Of a stretch of 64,000 nt of DNA, positions 21,059 to 31,065 are shown in pieces. The stretch is from positions 577,319 through 641,318 of the forward strand of contig CAZVTT010000001.1 of the NCBI GenBank assembly GCA_964629685.1. The letters run 5' to 3'. Under the pieces are notes generated by a model, which saw nothing but the letters and a program-made list of their open reading frames with translations, did no database searches and had not been told where the DNA came from. A program made the position numbers and the translations under genes. How positions within the stretch are numbered: position 1 is the first letter of the stretch; each line of letters opens with the position of its first letter. The DNA comes from an uncultured Gammaproteobacteria bacterium (GTDB lineage Bacteria > Patescibacteriota > Microgenomatia > UBA10105 > UBA927).

Positions 21059-22081
21059 ATGATTGAATCGTTCATTACTCTGCATAATTTACCCGGTTAT
21101 CGTTTGAAGCAGTTCAGACAAGCCTTCTATCGGGATTTCGTCACATCCTTTGAAGAATTGACGACCTGGCCAAAAGAATTGCGAAATCTTCTTAGTGAAG
21201 CCATTCCGTTTATATCCTTAACGCCGGAAATGTCTTTAACGTCTAAAAATGGTGATACCACGAAAGTAGTACTTAAACGGGCGGACGGACAACGGATAGA
21301 GACGGTGTTAATGCAGCACAAGGACGACAGGAATACCGTTTGTGTAAGCTGTATGGTCGGTTGTCCCGTAAACTGTAGTTTTTGTGCTACAGGGAAAATG
21401 GGATATCGGGGTAGTTTAACGGCCACGGAAATAGTAGATCAAGTGCTTTACTTTGCCAGGAAATTAGCACCGGTTGGAAAACACATTACCAATGTCGTTT
21501 TTATGGGAATGGGCGAACCGATGTTAAACGCTGCGGAAGTCCGGAAAGCTGTGGCAATCCTCACGGATCCGGAAATGATGGGGATGAGTCAACGGCGAAT
21601 AACGGTTTCTACTTCCGGATATATTCCGCAATTCAGAAAATTCGTGGCAGAAGGATTCCGGGGACGGGTGGCAATCAGTTTACATGCCCCGACACAGGAA
21701 CTGCGTGAAAAGTTGATGCCGGTGGCAAAATTATTCCCTCTGAATGATTTAATGGCTGTTCTGGATGACTATACAAAGTTAACGAATAAACGGATTTCGT
21801 ATGAATACATTATGATTAAACGAGTAAATGATACTCCCGATCATGCTGCAGAGTTGGGAGCATTGCTGAGAAACCGTTTGGCTCATGTAAATCTTATCCC
21901 TTACAATCCGATTCCAGGTGAAAACTTTGAACGGTCAACCCGTGATGGTATTCAGGAATTTACCGATACGCTGGCAAAATACGATGTGCCGTTTACGATA
22001 CGGGTAACAATGGGGGATGACATCGCTGCCGCATGTGGCCAATTAATAGATCAAACTTCTCCATCGGGTATTTCTACTTAA
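21059..22081 (+). CDS. rlmN: 23S rRNA/tRNA m2A methyltransferase RlmN (radical SAM)
   Basis: CVSCMVGCPVNCSFCATG combines a CxxxCxxC radical-SAM motif with the conserved upstream Cys. Length 340 aa. Confidence 0.9.
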   Translation: MIESFITLHNLPGYRLKQFRQAFYRDFVTSFEELTTWPKELRNLLSEAIPFISLTPEMSLTSKNGDTTKVVLKRADGQRIETVLMQHKDDRNTVCVSCMVGCPVNCSFCATGKMGYRGSLTATEIVDQVLYFARKLAPVGKHITNVVFMGMGEPMLNAAEVRKAVAILTDPEMMGMSQRRITVSTSGYIPQFRKFVAEGFRGRVAISLHAPTQELREKLMPVAKLFPLNDLMAVLDDYTKLTNKRISYEYIMIKRVNDTPDHAAELGALLRNRLAHVNLIPYNPIPGENFERSTRDGIQEFTDTLAKYDVPFTIRVTMGDDIAAACGQLIDQTSPSGIST

Positions 22082-22113
22082 CACAGAGCCTGTAATAGCG
22101 CTTCTTCTGTTTC

Positions 22114-23484
22114 TTGCGTATAATGCCATTACCTATGGAATTGAAAAATAATTCGTTACGGCAACATCGGGTATTACTCGTAAATCTTTATCCACCACCG
22201 GCTACTACAGAGGAAGTACAACAAGATGCAACTGAAATGTATAACCTGGTTACCTCTCTTGGTGATGCCGTAGTTATAGACATGCTGCATCAGCGTGGAT
22301 ATCCGGCAAAAGATGCGTATATTGGTACAGGAAAGGCAACCGAGGTGGCAGAACTTGTAAAAGAAATGAGTATAACTACCGTAATTTTAAACGGGATTGC
22401 AAAACCCCGACAGTTGTTCCACCTAACACAGCTTATAGAACCCATTGCTCCGAATATTATGGTCTGGGATCGGATTGATCTGATACTGAATATATTTGAA
22501 AAACATGCCAGAACAGCAGAAGCAAAATTGCAAATAGAAATTGCCAGAATGCGCCATATGGGACCAAGAATATATGGTATGGGTCACGTGCTTTCTCAGC
22601 AGGGTGGAGGAATAGGAACTCGCGGAATCGGAGAAACAAATGTAGAACTTATGAAACGACATTGGAAAGAAGCCATGAGGCATGCTCAGGATAAACTAAA
22701 GGCATTAACTGAGCAGCGGCAGCATCAGATAGACCAGCGTAAAGAGGCGGGATTTAAAACTATTTCCATTGTAGGGTATACGAATGCCGGAAAGACTACG
22801 TTATTTAACCGGTTAACTAAAAAAGGTAAGTATGCGGATAATTTGTTGTTTGCAACGCTGGAAAGTACCGTGGGAAAGGTGTACTTACGACAGCTGAAAC
22901 AGGAAATATTACTGAGCGATACTATTGGATTTATCCGGAATTTACCTCCTACGTTAATTGATGCTTTCAGATCAACGCTTATTGAATCCGTGAATGCTGA
23001 CGTTATTATTCACGTTGTAGACGGAAGTGATGCTACGGCGATTGAGCAATATCACGTAGTTGAATCCATACTTTCTGACATAGGAGTAGCCGATACTACC
23101 GAAATATTGGTATTTAACAAAACGGATAAAATTTCAGAAAGTGCCAGAGCCAGCTTAGAAGAGCGATTTAGTTTAGCACAACCTCTTTATATTTCTGCAG
23201 CCGACGGTACAGGATTAGATCAACTAATCAGCAGTATGAGTGACTGTCTTATTCACCCGAATGACCAGGAGAGAAAGAAAAGTATACCCCCACATATACC
23301 AACACGTCCTGAGCTTCACGTCGGGCAGTCTGTCGTAATAGTTGAGAAGGAAAATCAACCATCAGGTATTGAAACTACAGGTGAAATCGGTTTCATACTT
23401 TCCCATGGTTTTTCCCATCCTTACGGCATTAAAGTTGAACTAAAAACAGGAGCTGTGGGAAGAGTTAAACGGATACTGAAGTAA
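22114..23484 (+). CDS. hflX: GTPase HflX
   Basis: HflX N-domain, then G-domain GYTNAGKTTLFN and DTIGF, and a C-terminal extension. The start may be the internal MELKNN at 22135. Confidence 0.85.
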   Translation: MRIMPLPMELKNNSLRQHRVLLVNLYPPPATTEEVQQDATEMYNLVTSLGDAVVIDMLHQRGYPAKDAYIGTGKATEVAELVKEMSITTVILNGIAKPRQLFHLTQLIEPIAPNIMVWDRIDLILNIFEKHARTAEAKLQIEIARMRHMGPRIYGMGHVLSQQGGGIGTRGIGETNVELMKRHWKEAMRHAQDKLKALTEQRQHQIDQRKEAGFKTISIVGYTNAGKTTLFNRLTKKGKYADNLLFATLESTVGKVYLRQLKQEILLSDTIGFIRNLPPTLIDAFRSTLIESVNADVIIHVVDGSDATAIEQYHVVESILSDIGVADTTEILVFNKTDKISESARASLEERFSLAQPLYISAADGTGLDQLISSMSDCLIHPNDQERKKSIPPHIPTRPELHVGQSVVIVEKENQPSGIETTGEIGFILSHGFSHPYGIKVELKTGAVGRVKRILK

Positions 23485-23493
23485 AAGAGATAT

Positions 23494-23521
23494 TTGACTT
23501 CAACATTAAGCGCGATATAAT
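23494..23521 (+). promoter_or_regulatory. sigma-70-like promoter of the aspS leader
   Basis: TTGACT at 23494-23499, a 16-nt spacer, then TATAAT at 23516-23521. Confidence 0.55.
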
Positions 23522-23524
23522 AAC

Positions 23525-23698
23525 ACCAATTGCATTGATGCTGTTGACGCAGCGGAGCTTGGAAAAGAACATCGCAAGATCAGTAGACTTCCACGGGTAA
23601 GCCCGTTATAGCAGGAATAAGTCAAAAGTAAGGTGGTACCGCGATTAGAGTCGCCCTTACAGACTATCAGTAAAGATAGTTCTGGAGGGCCTTTTTTG
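23525..23698 (+). promoter_or_regulatory. T-box riboswitch leader with intrinsic terminator upstream of aspS
   Basis: AGGTGGTACCGCG at 23631-23643 matches the T-box consensus GGUGGNACCGCG. Terminator stem GCCCTTACAGACTATC / GATAGTTCTGGAGGGC at 23653-23690 is followed by TTTTTT. The T-box sequence can alternatively pair with the 5' arm of the terminator, forming an antiterminator. Confidence 0.65.
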
Positions 23699-23726
23699 TA
23701 TCTGCAGAAATGCAGAAGGAGGATAT

Positions 23727-25061
23727 ATGGAAAGAATATTAGTATTGGACACAATGAATCAAGTAGGTCAGAAAGTCCGGCTCAAGGGTTGGGTTAGAAC
23801 AAAACGGGATCACGGGAAAATTACGTTCGTTGACTTGCGCGACCGTACCGGAATTGTGCAACTGGTTGGGTATAAGAAAATGACCGAACTTGGTCATGAA
23901 GACGTGATTGAAGTTATCGGTTCGGTAAAACAGCGTGCAGAGAAAACAATAAATCCCAATATGCCTACAGGAACTGTTGAAGTTGATGTGGAAGAATATT
24001 CGGTACTGGCAAAGGCGCGAGATTTGCCGTTTGATATCAGTAAGGATAGTTTGGATCTGGAACTTCCGACATTGCTGGATCATCGGGCATTAACGTTAAG
24101 ACATCCCCGAGTTCAGGCAATATTTAAGGTTCAGGCTGCGATAATTTCCGGCTTCCGGGATTATTTGTCAAAACAGGGATTTATGGAATTTCAGGCACCA
24201 AGTATTACTCCCGAAGTAGCAGAGGGCGGTGCGGATGTTTTTAAAGTATCGTATTTTGACCATAAAGCATATCTAACTCAAAGTCCTCAGTTATATAAAC
24301 AAATTGCCATGAGTGCTTTCGAACGGGTATTTAGCGTAAACAAAGTGTTTCGGGCGGAACCAAGTGTTACTACCCGGCATTTAACTGAAATAGTATCGCT
24401 GGATGCGGAAATGGCCTTTATAGATGATTGGAAAGAAGTACGGGATGTTGCCGATAATGTAATTAAATATATATTCCAAGTACTTAAAAAGGAGTGCAGT
24501 GCAGAATTGGCTCTTTTTGGTGCTACCATCCCCGCAACTATACCGGAAACGCCGACAGTAAGCCTTCGGGAAGGACAACAGCTCATATTTGATCACAGTG
24601 GGCGGGATGTTCGCGGTGAAAAAGATTTGAATCCGGAAGACGAACGGGAAATATGTGCAATTCTTAAAGAAAAAACCGGTTCGGATTTGGTATATGTGTA
24701 TGGTTTTCCGACCAGAAAGAAACCGTTTTATGTATACCCTGATCCTGCGGATCCGGAGTATAACCAAGGAGTAGATCTCTTGTGCCGCGGAGTGGAATTG
24801 TTATCAGGTGGCCGGAGGATTAATGATTATGATCAACTGATGAAGCATGTGGAAGAATGGAAACTGGATCCCAAAAAAGTACAAATGTTTTTGGATGCCT
24901 TCCGATATGGAGTACCTCCTGAAGGCGGATTTGCTTTCGGTGCGGAACGAATCACAATGCAAATTCTGGGTTTGGCAAATGTACGCGAAGCCTGTATGTT
25001 CCCCAGGGATATGGAACGGATAGATTTTCGGTTGTCTACAATGCAGTCTGAAGATAAGTAG
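23727..25061 (+). CDS. aspS: aspartyl-tRNA synthetase, archaeal/type-2 (about 440 aa) form
   Basis: N-terminal OB fold, class II motifs (FRAE, GGRR...) and the short AspRS architecture. Confidence 0.9.
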   Translation: MERILVLDTMNQVGQKVRLKGWVRTKRDHGKITFVDLRDRTGIVQLVGYKKMTELGHEDVIEVIGSVKQRAEKTINPNMPTGTVEVDVEEYSVLAKARDLPFDISKDSLDLELPTLLDHRALTLRHPRVQAIFKVQAAIISGFRDYLSKQGFMEFQAPSITPEVAEGGADVFKVSYFDHKAYLTQSPQLYKQIAMSAFERVFSVNKVFRAEPSVTTRHLTEIVSLDAEMAFIDDWKEVRDVADNVIKYIFQVLKKECSAELALFGATIPATIPETPTVSLREGQQLIFDHSGRDVRGEKDLNPEDEREICAILKEKTGSDLVYVYGFPTRKKPFYVYPDPADPEYNQGVDLLCRGVELLSGGRRINDYDQLMKHVEEWKLDPKKVQMFLDAFRYGVPPEGGFAFGAERITMQILGLANVREACMFPRDMERIDFRLSTMQSEDK

Positions 25062-25070
25062 AAAAAATGA

Positions 25071-26666
25071 CTAGAACTGAGGTTCAAACAACCAGTCTTT
25101 GGCTTTTTGCCACTGTGCAGTGGTAATAGTTGAAATTTTTGAGTTATGAACATAGATACACGATGGTTTTCCAGCCTCGTTTAGTCTTGTATATTTATTG
25201 ATACTTTCAGGAGGAAGTTTATAAAAAGGAGCATAATCGGTATCGCATGTTCCTATATAAAATTCCGGTGGATTCTCCTGCAGCATTTTTATTCTCGCTC
25301 CTGAATATTTTTCGTATTTAGGCATTGATGAGATATACCAGGTATACGGATACTTGTTTAACAGACCTGCCTGCCAATATACCAATTCTTCCCACCCGTC
25401 TACAAATAACGAATCTCCGTTGTTTGAAAGGGCTTTAACTACTTCTCCCCACTGTAAATAATGCCCCAGATTAATCATAAAGTCCGTATGCGGGTCATTC
25501 TTATCCCGCAGATATGATTGGGAAGAGTAAAGTGTAAGAAAAAAAGAGAGGAGTAGTATCCCGGCTAGGATAATTGTTGATTTGCGGTATATTCGCCAAA
25601 GTGATTTCAACATTACGACAGTAATAAAAATTAATACACCAAAGTAGTTAAGACTATGAAACATAACATAGAATAGATTCCCCGGAAGTTCAGGACGTGG
25701 GTTTGATAATCCCAATAATATAAAACCAATGAATGCACAGGTCCATCGTTGAGTTTTTTTGAGGAGTAGGATGGCACTAATTAAAAAAACGGTACTTAGT
25801 CCCATCAGAAATATTCGCATGAGAGACATCGGACCTGTGAAAAACGGGAGAAAGGGATAGAAAAATGCTTTGATATACAGCATGAGTCCCCCCTTAGTTA
25901 ACTCGGAACCCAGTGCATTATCCCTGTTTACGGTTACTATATTAAAGACGTATTCAGGCAGAGGAAGAAGTGAAAGTGTGCCGATAGTTAGTGTTATGAA
26001 TACCGCCATCAGGCGATAACTCCACTTTCTTTCATTTGTAAAAAATAGCACAATACCGTAAGCAAACAGCGCCGCAAGCAGCATAGGTTCACGGGTAAAA
26101 ATAATAAACCAGGTGAACAACGTGGCCGTCAGTAAATCGGATAAATGCAAAGGGATTCTTTTAAATCGAAACCATACCAAGCCGGTTAAATATACTAAAG
26201 GATACACGGTAAGCGCTTCACCGTAAAATTTATCTCCGAAAAAGTACGGCTTTAGTAATTCGAAAATGAAAATAAACCCAAGCGATATAAATCCGAAACG
26301 AAGTACTAAGAGTACTGAAAAAAAGAAACCGAACAGTACCACAAACTGATGATGTTTAAGAAAAAGATCAGTAATGTTTACCGGATCGGTTACAAGCTGA
26401 ATTCCGGCACTTATATAGGCTGGCAACGGTTGGTGATTAAAGAAAAAATCCTGATATAGGATTTTACCGTTGGTAATAAAATATCCTGCAACAAGGTTAA
26501 AGCATTCATCAGTACAACCGAAAGCATTTATTCGTCTGGCGAATAACTTTGCCAATACAATATAGAACGGTATGAGTACGAAAAAAATGCAGGCTATAGT
26601 ACTAGCGAGTCTGCGGTGTGAGTTTAGAAAGATTCCATTAGATATTTTTTTCATTTTGCGCGGCAA
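25071..26666 (-). CDS. GT-C fold glycosyltransferase-like polytopic membrane protein (PMT_2/GT39-like)
   Basis: More than 10 TM helices. The first loop carries TDECFNLVAGYF...HQPLPAY, resembling the DE...HPPLGK loop of PMT_2 proteins. Confidence 0.5.
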   Translation of the reverse strand: MPRKMKKISNGIFLNSHRRLASTIACIFFVLIPFYIVLAKLFARRINAFGCTDECFNLVAGYFITNGKILYQDFFFNHQPLPAYISAGIQLVTDPVNITDLFLKHHQFVVLFGFFFSVLLVLRFGFISLGFIFIFELLKPYFFGDKFYGEALTVYPLVYLTGLVWFRFKRIPLHLSDLLTATLFTWFIIFTREPMLLAALFAYGIVLFFTNERKWSYRLMAVFITLTIGTLSLLPLPEYVFNIVTVNRDNALGSELTKGGLMLYIKAFFYPFLPFFTGPMSLMRIFLMGLSTVFLISAILLLKKTQRWTCAFIGFILLGLSNPRPELPGNLFYVMFHSLNYFGVLIFITVVMLKSLWRIYRKSTIILAGILLLSFFLTLYSSQSYLRDKNDPHTDFMINLGHYLQWGEVVKALSNNGDSLFVDGWEELVYWQAGLLNKYPYTWYISSMPKYEKYSGARIKMLQENPPEFYIGTCDTDYAPFYKLPPESINKYTRLNEAGKPSCIYVHNSKISTITTAQWQKAKDWLFEPQF

Positions 26667-26818
26667 TTACGTTATAACCATACCGTTCAGTCATAATCCC
26701 GTCAATGTGATCAATATGTTTTACTAATCGTTTTTTTCTATATTGATTATATTTGTATCACTTGAGAAGTATTGTATTAAATCTAGAGATGATTATAGTG
26801 AGTTTTATGGAGGCAGAC

Positions 26819-27742
26819 ATGAAACATTATTCAATTGGTGTCGCACTTGCCGTTGCGGCGTTTGTGTTATTTTCGGCAGGGAATCCGGTTTTCGCTCAAG
26901 AGGGCCCGACGGGAGCGACCGGAGCTACCGGAATTGCCGGTCCCACAGGAGCGACGGGTGAAACCGGAGCAACCGGCGAAATTGGTTCAACCGGTCCGAC
27001 AGGTATGAATGGTCCTACCGGTGCAACCGGAATGATAGGGAGCACTGGTCCCACAGGGACTAATGGACCGACGGGATCAACAGGTTCCCAGGGTATAACC
27101 GGCCCAACCGGAAAAACCGGAGCGACTGGTATTGCCGGTCCTTCCGGTGCTACCGGCGCGACTGGTGGAGTCGGACCAACGGGAAAAACCGGAGCTACCG
27201 GTACTGCAGGTCCGTCCGGAGCGACCGGTGCGACCGGAAATTTAGGTACAGCGGGACCAACCGGACCGACCGGCACTATGGGTATGGCCGGACCAACCGG
27301 TCCTACTGGTACTATCGGCGCCGGTGGTGCTGTTGGACCAAGCGGATTGCCGCTTGTACTAGATGGAGGAAATTATTTGTATCCGAACGCAACATACGCT
27401 GCAGATTTACGGGCAGATTCATTGTATGCGGGGTATGGCGGAACAGCCGCTACCATTTCTACGAACGATACGAATGAAAATTTAACGGTTGATCCAAATG
27501 GTACCGGTAATATTTTCTTATTGGGTAACGTCGGAGTAGGGGCGAGTAGTGCGGATTCTCTGTTTACCGTAGATTCCAGCGGATATTTACAATTTAAGAG
27601 AACGTCTGCCGGCGCACCTCCAGCAGCAGACTGTGACTCGGATAGTGAACGCGGAAGAGTAGTGATAAATACTACTCAGAACAGATTACATATCTGTAAT
27701 GGGGCAACCCGCGGTTGGGATTACGTGGGACTTAACAACTAA
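26819..27742 (+). CDS. secreted collagen-like triple-helix repeat protein
   Basis: SD GGAGG sits 6 nt before ATG 26819. Signal peptide, then about 50 uninterrupted G-X-Y triplets ([22 protein letters not shown]...), then a roughly 130-aa non-collagenous C-terminal domain. Confidence 0.8.
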   Translation: MKHYSIGVALAVAAFVLFSAGNPVFAQEGPTGATGATGIAGPTGATGETGATGEIGSTGPTGMNGPTGATGMIGSTGPTGTNGPTGSTGSQGITGPTGKTGATGIAGPSGATGATGGVGPTGKTGATGTAGPSGATGATGNLGTAGPTGPTGTMGMAGPTGPTGTIGAGGAVGPSGLPLVLDGGNYLYPNATYAADLRADSLYAGYGGTAATISTNDTNENLTVDPNGTGNIFLLGNVGVGASSADSLFTVDSSGYLQFKRTSAGAPPAADCDSDSERGRVVINTTQNRLHICNGATRGWDYVGLNN

Positions 27743-27764
27743 TACATATTAGTTTTTGCAATAA

Positions 27765-27797
27765 AAAATCCGGTTTAACAGCCGGATTTTTTATTGC
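27765..27797 (+). terminator. rho-independent terminator after the collagen-like gene
   Basis: AAAAAATCCGGTT-TAACA-GCCGGATTTTTTATT: hairpin plus U-tract. Confidence 0.7.
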
Positions 27798-27825
27798 TGC
27801 AGTACATACGCTATACTGACTGGGT

Positions 27826-28539
27826 ATGAACACATTTGCACGTACGGTTGCGGAGTTGTTTCAGATTCATTTAACCCCGGTACAATTAACCCAATTTAGT
27901 CGCTATGAAGCGGAGTTGTTGGATTGGAATACACGGATGAATTTGACAGCAGTACGCACTGGCGAGGAAATTCAACGAAAACATTTTTTAGACTCACTAT
28001 CTTGTGTTATGGCTTGGCGTAATAGTGTTACCCCGGGAAATCTTATTGATGTTGGAACGGGTGCCGGATTTCCCGGATTGGTATTAAAAATAGCCATACC
28101 GGAGTTACAGCTTACATTGGTTGAATCCATAGGGAAAAAGGTAAATTTTTGCGCACATATTATTACCGTGTTAGGTTTAACACAGATAAAATTGATTCAG
28201 GAAAGGGCAGAAATTCTTGGACATAATACAGAATATAGAGAAAAATATGATTGTGCTGTTGCACGTGCCGTAGCAGGACTTTCTACCTTAACAGAATATC
28301 TTCTGCCCTTTGTTAAAACGGGTGGAATTATGATTGCACAAAAGGGTGCAAATGCAGATAAGGAAGTTACGGAAGCTAGGAAAGCTATACAGGTATTAGG
28401 GGGCGGTAATATCCGCTGTCAGTCAGTACTGCTCCCCGGTGATAGTTATTCCAGGCAATTAGTAGTAGTAGATAAAATGCAGCATACTCCTCCAGAGTAT
28501 CCCAGAGAGCCAAGAGTACTCTTAGCGCAGCCGATTTGA
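27826..28539 (+). CDS. rsmG: 16S rRNA m7G527 methyltransferase RsmG (GidB)
   Basis: LIDVGTGAGFPGLVL SAM motif and the RsmG-typical length and architecture. Confidence 0.85.
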   Translation: MNTFARTVAELFQIHLTPVQLTQFSRYEAELLDWNTRMNLTAVRTGEEIQRKHFLDSLSCVMAWRNSVTPGNLIDVGTGAGFPGLVLKIAIPELQLTLVESIGKKVNFCAHIITVLGLTQIKLIQERAEILGHNTEYREKYDCAVARAVAGLSTLTEYLLPFVKTGGIMIAQKGANADKEVTEARKAIQVLGGGNIRCQSVLLPGDSYSRQLVVVDKMQHTPPEYPREPRVLLAQPI

Positions 28540-29790
28540 TTTTTCCGATAATTTCTTTTTTGCTTTAGGGTATGCTCCGAAATCGGAAAGCGTGAACGCT
28601 AGAATAAGCCAGAAAATAAATTCTTCAGCGATCCCTATAACATTTGTTTGACTATGAATAACAAAAACGAAAAGACAAAATCCCAGTGTTGTCCACCAGT
28701 CTATATCCGGATTTTTTAAATGGCTGTTGACGTACAACAATCGGAAACTATTGACCAGAATACTTACGTAGAAGAGTAACCCGATAACACCGGTGGTAAC
28801 CAGTACTTCCAATATGGTGTTGTGAGCTTTATCTACATATACGTCCTGCGAAAATTTGTATGGCCAATCTACTGATTGGAATGCGTGGTCTACGTTTGCC
28901 CAACCCCAGCCAAATATTGGTTTTTGTACCGCGGCGAGTGTTAGTTTGGCAAAAATTCTTTGTCTGCTTTCAGCATTAACTGATACCGGAAGTTTGTTTT
29001 TGTCCCACCAGAATAGCGCACCAATACAGATAGTTACCATTGTGATTCCCAGTAATATGGGTTTGAAATACGTTGATAGCCGCTTATTATGAACTAACAG
29101 AAGGATTCCCATTCCTAATGTACAAGCGACAATTGCACCCCAGGATCTTGTAGATAAGAGAGCCGTACTCTGCATGACTGTGGCTAAGATGATAAATGGT
29201 TTAAGCCCTTTGTGTGAAATTCGGTAAAGATACCATAAAAATGGAAACGTAAGAGCCAGGTAGCCTGCCAGAAAATGCGGTTGTCCGAATGTGGCGCCAA
29301 ATTTTCCATACCAGGGGGGTAAAAACGGTATAGACATAAAGTAGAGCCAGATGGATATGATGGTAAGCGTGCTTACGCCTATTGATCCCAGGAGGATCGC
29401 TTGCACTAATCCTTTATGCCATTGAGTTTGAAAAAGAGTTGCAATAACAATAATTAACCCGCCGAATCGCCACAGTGTGATTAAGCCATCGCCTCTATAG
29501 GTATTTCCCAGTAAGCTTTTAGGCAGATCGCTGCCAAAACAGGAAATAATGGAAGCATAAAAAATGTAACCTATAATAAGAGCGGCCTGAAATCGGTTTA
29601 CTGTAATTTTTTGTTTGGAAATAATGGTGATTAGTCCCACAAAAGATAATATTTCAATAAGTCGATGTATGAAGAAAACTCTGGGTATTTCAAATGAAAT
29701 CTGAGCTGAAGGCCAATAGATAAAGGGTAATAGTACCAAACCGACCAGTAAAATGAGGCGAAATAGCTGTATGGGCTTGACAAAATGCAT
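28522..29790 (-). CDS. O-antigen ligase (Wzy_C)-like polytopic membrane protein
   Basis: About 12 TM helices with a large loop near the C-terminal third. Typical O-antigen ligase family topology. No catalytic motif verified. Confidence 0.5.
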   Translation of the reverse strand: MHFVKPIQLFRLILLVGLVLLPFIYWPSAQISFEIPRVFFIHRLIEILSFVGLITIISKQKITVNRFQAALIIGYIFYASIISCFGSDLPKSLLGNTYRGDGLITLWRFGGLIIVIATLFQTQWHKGLVQAILLGSIGVSTLTIISIWLYFMSIPFLPPWYGKFGATFGQPHFLAGYLALTFPFLWYLYRISHKGLKPFIILATVMQSTALLSTRSWGAIVACTLGMGILLLVHNKRLSTYFKPILLGITMVTICIGALFWWDKNKLPVSVNAESRQRIFAKLTLAAVQKPIFGWGWANVDHAFQSVDWPYKFSQDVYVDKAHNTILEVLVTTGVIGLLFYVSILVNSFRLLYVNSHLKNPDIDWWTTLGFCLFVFVIHSQTNVIGIAEEFIFWLILAFTLSDFGAYPKAKKKLSEKSNRLR

Positions 29791-29837
29791 ATTATGGCCT
29801 ATAATATATTTATGTTCGGTTTACCCGAACTTATTTT

Positions 29838-30497
29838 ATGGTAACAAAAACCTATTCGCTCAAACAAACGTCGTTTCGTAATCCTTTACTTTCATTACTT
29901 ATTTTAGCTGTTTTTGTACTTCCTTTATCCGTGCAGTTTATAACCAGGGTTAGTGCTCAAACAGGACAATTCCCGGTAACCGCGCCCGTTACGCCTCCTG
30001 TTACTCCACCAAATCCTAGCGCAACTATTACACCGACGCCTACATCAACGCCGAAGCCAACGGTTACACCGACGCCTACATCAACGCCGAAGCCAACGGT
30101 AACGCCAACACCAACAAATAGGCCCACCGGTACACCTAAGCCTACATATACGCCAACACCGACACCAAAAGTTACGCCTACACCAACGCCGAAGCCAAAT
30201 CAGACCCCGGAAATTAAGACGGAAAAGCTACCCAACGGTAGGTCACGGTCATTGTATATTACTCAGGTAATGGTATATGACGCCGACCCAAAGGATAGTC
30301 TGTCAATTTCTGTAAAAAATTTGCCGAGAGGGTTATCCGCGAATTTTTGTTCGCAATTTAACGGTAGAAATTCAACAACAGCATACTGTTACCTAGTGGG
30401 AATACCGGTAGTTCGCGGTACATATCAGGTAACCATAACTGCGACGGATAAGGCAAAGTCGTCTTCAACAAAGACTCTGCCGCTGATAATTAAATAA
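29838..30497 (+). CDS. secreted Pro/Thr-rich repeat protein with C-terminal Ig-like domain
   Basis: Signal peptide. Tandem [17 protein letters not shown] repeats. The C-terminal roughly 90 aa is globular (YQVTITATD...). Confidence 0.6.
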   Translation: MVTKTYSLKQTSFRNPLLSLLILAVFVLPLSVQFITRVSAQTGQFPVTAPVTPPVTPPNPSATITPTPTSTPKPTVTPTPTSTPKPTVTPTPTNRPTGTPKPTYTPTPTPKVTPTPTPKPNQTPEIKTEKLPNGRSRSLYITQVMVYDADPKDSLSISVKNLPRGLSANFCSQFNGRNSTTAYCYLVGIPVVRGTYQVTITATDKAKSSSTKTLPLIIK

Positions 30498-30521
30498 TTA
30501 TTCGCCTCCGCTCGTATTTAC

Positions 30522-30953
30522 TTAGGGCATTTGTTGCTGCTCCAGTTTGTCCTTGATCGAGTGGTATAGTGAGGCTTCTTCCTCGGTTCCGATAAAACCA
30601 ACCAGTCTGTCGTTATAATCGATGATAGGTGAAATGGCGATTATGGCCCAGTATTCGTCTTTATTTTTTTTCTGATTTCTGATTTCACCGTAAAATGGTT
30701 TTTTTTCATCGTGAATACGTTTCCATAGTAGTTCATAGTATGCATTCGGCATCAACCCGCCCCATACTTTGGGAGTTTTACCGATAACTTCTTCCGGAGT
30801 ATATCCCGTAATACGTTCCAATCCCTTATTTGCATAGAGTATGACGCCATGGATATCTGTAATAATAATTTGGTTATAGGCTTTTTCTACCGACAATTTG
30901 AATATCTCTGGGGGGATCGGTTCACCAAGTTTAAGAAAATCACGTACGTCCAT
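30522..30953 (-). CDS. stand-alone PAS domain protein
   Basis: ITDIHGVILYANKGLERITGYTPEEVIGKTPKV is a PAS-fold signature. Length 143 aa with no output domain. Confidence 0.7.
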   Translation of the reverse strand: MDVRDFLKLGEPIPPEIFKLSVEKAYNQIIITDIHGVILYANKGLERITGYTPEEVIGKTPKVWGGLMPNAYYELLWKRIHDEKKPFYGEIRNQKKNKDEYWAIIAISPIIDYNDRLVGFIGTEEEASLYHSIKDKLEQQQMP

Positions 30954-31029
30954 AGTAGGTGTATTCAGTGTAATACATTAATCATTTAAATGGTTATATG
31001 GGTTACAGTCTGTACGATTTTTACCATTA

Positions 31030-31058
31030 TTCACAATTGTTAATACTCTTGGTACACT
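31030..31058 (+). promoter_or_regulatory. putative promoter giving a near-leaderless NUDIX transcript
   Basis: TTCACA, a 17-nt spacer, then TACACT. ATG 31066 lies about 7 nt after the -10 element. Confidence 0.35.
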
Positions 31059-31065
31059 GAGCCAT

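Noticed and set aside
26896-27276. 126-aa minus-strand ORF ([10 protein letters not shown]...) and 26743-26961 plus-strand ORF overlapping the collagen-like gene.
   Set aside because: These are antisense or out-of-frame reading of a low-complexity GC-rich repeat. The plus-frame collagen gene has an SD and a signal peptide.
26880-27330. Highly periodic 9-nt/18-nt repetition that could be mistaken for a CRISPR-like or tandem-repeat array.
   Set aside because: The periodicity is coding (Gly-X-Y triplets of a collagen-like ORF with signal peptide and C-terminal domain). There are no spacers or direct repeats of CRISPR type.
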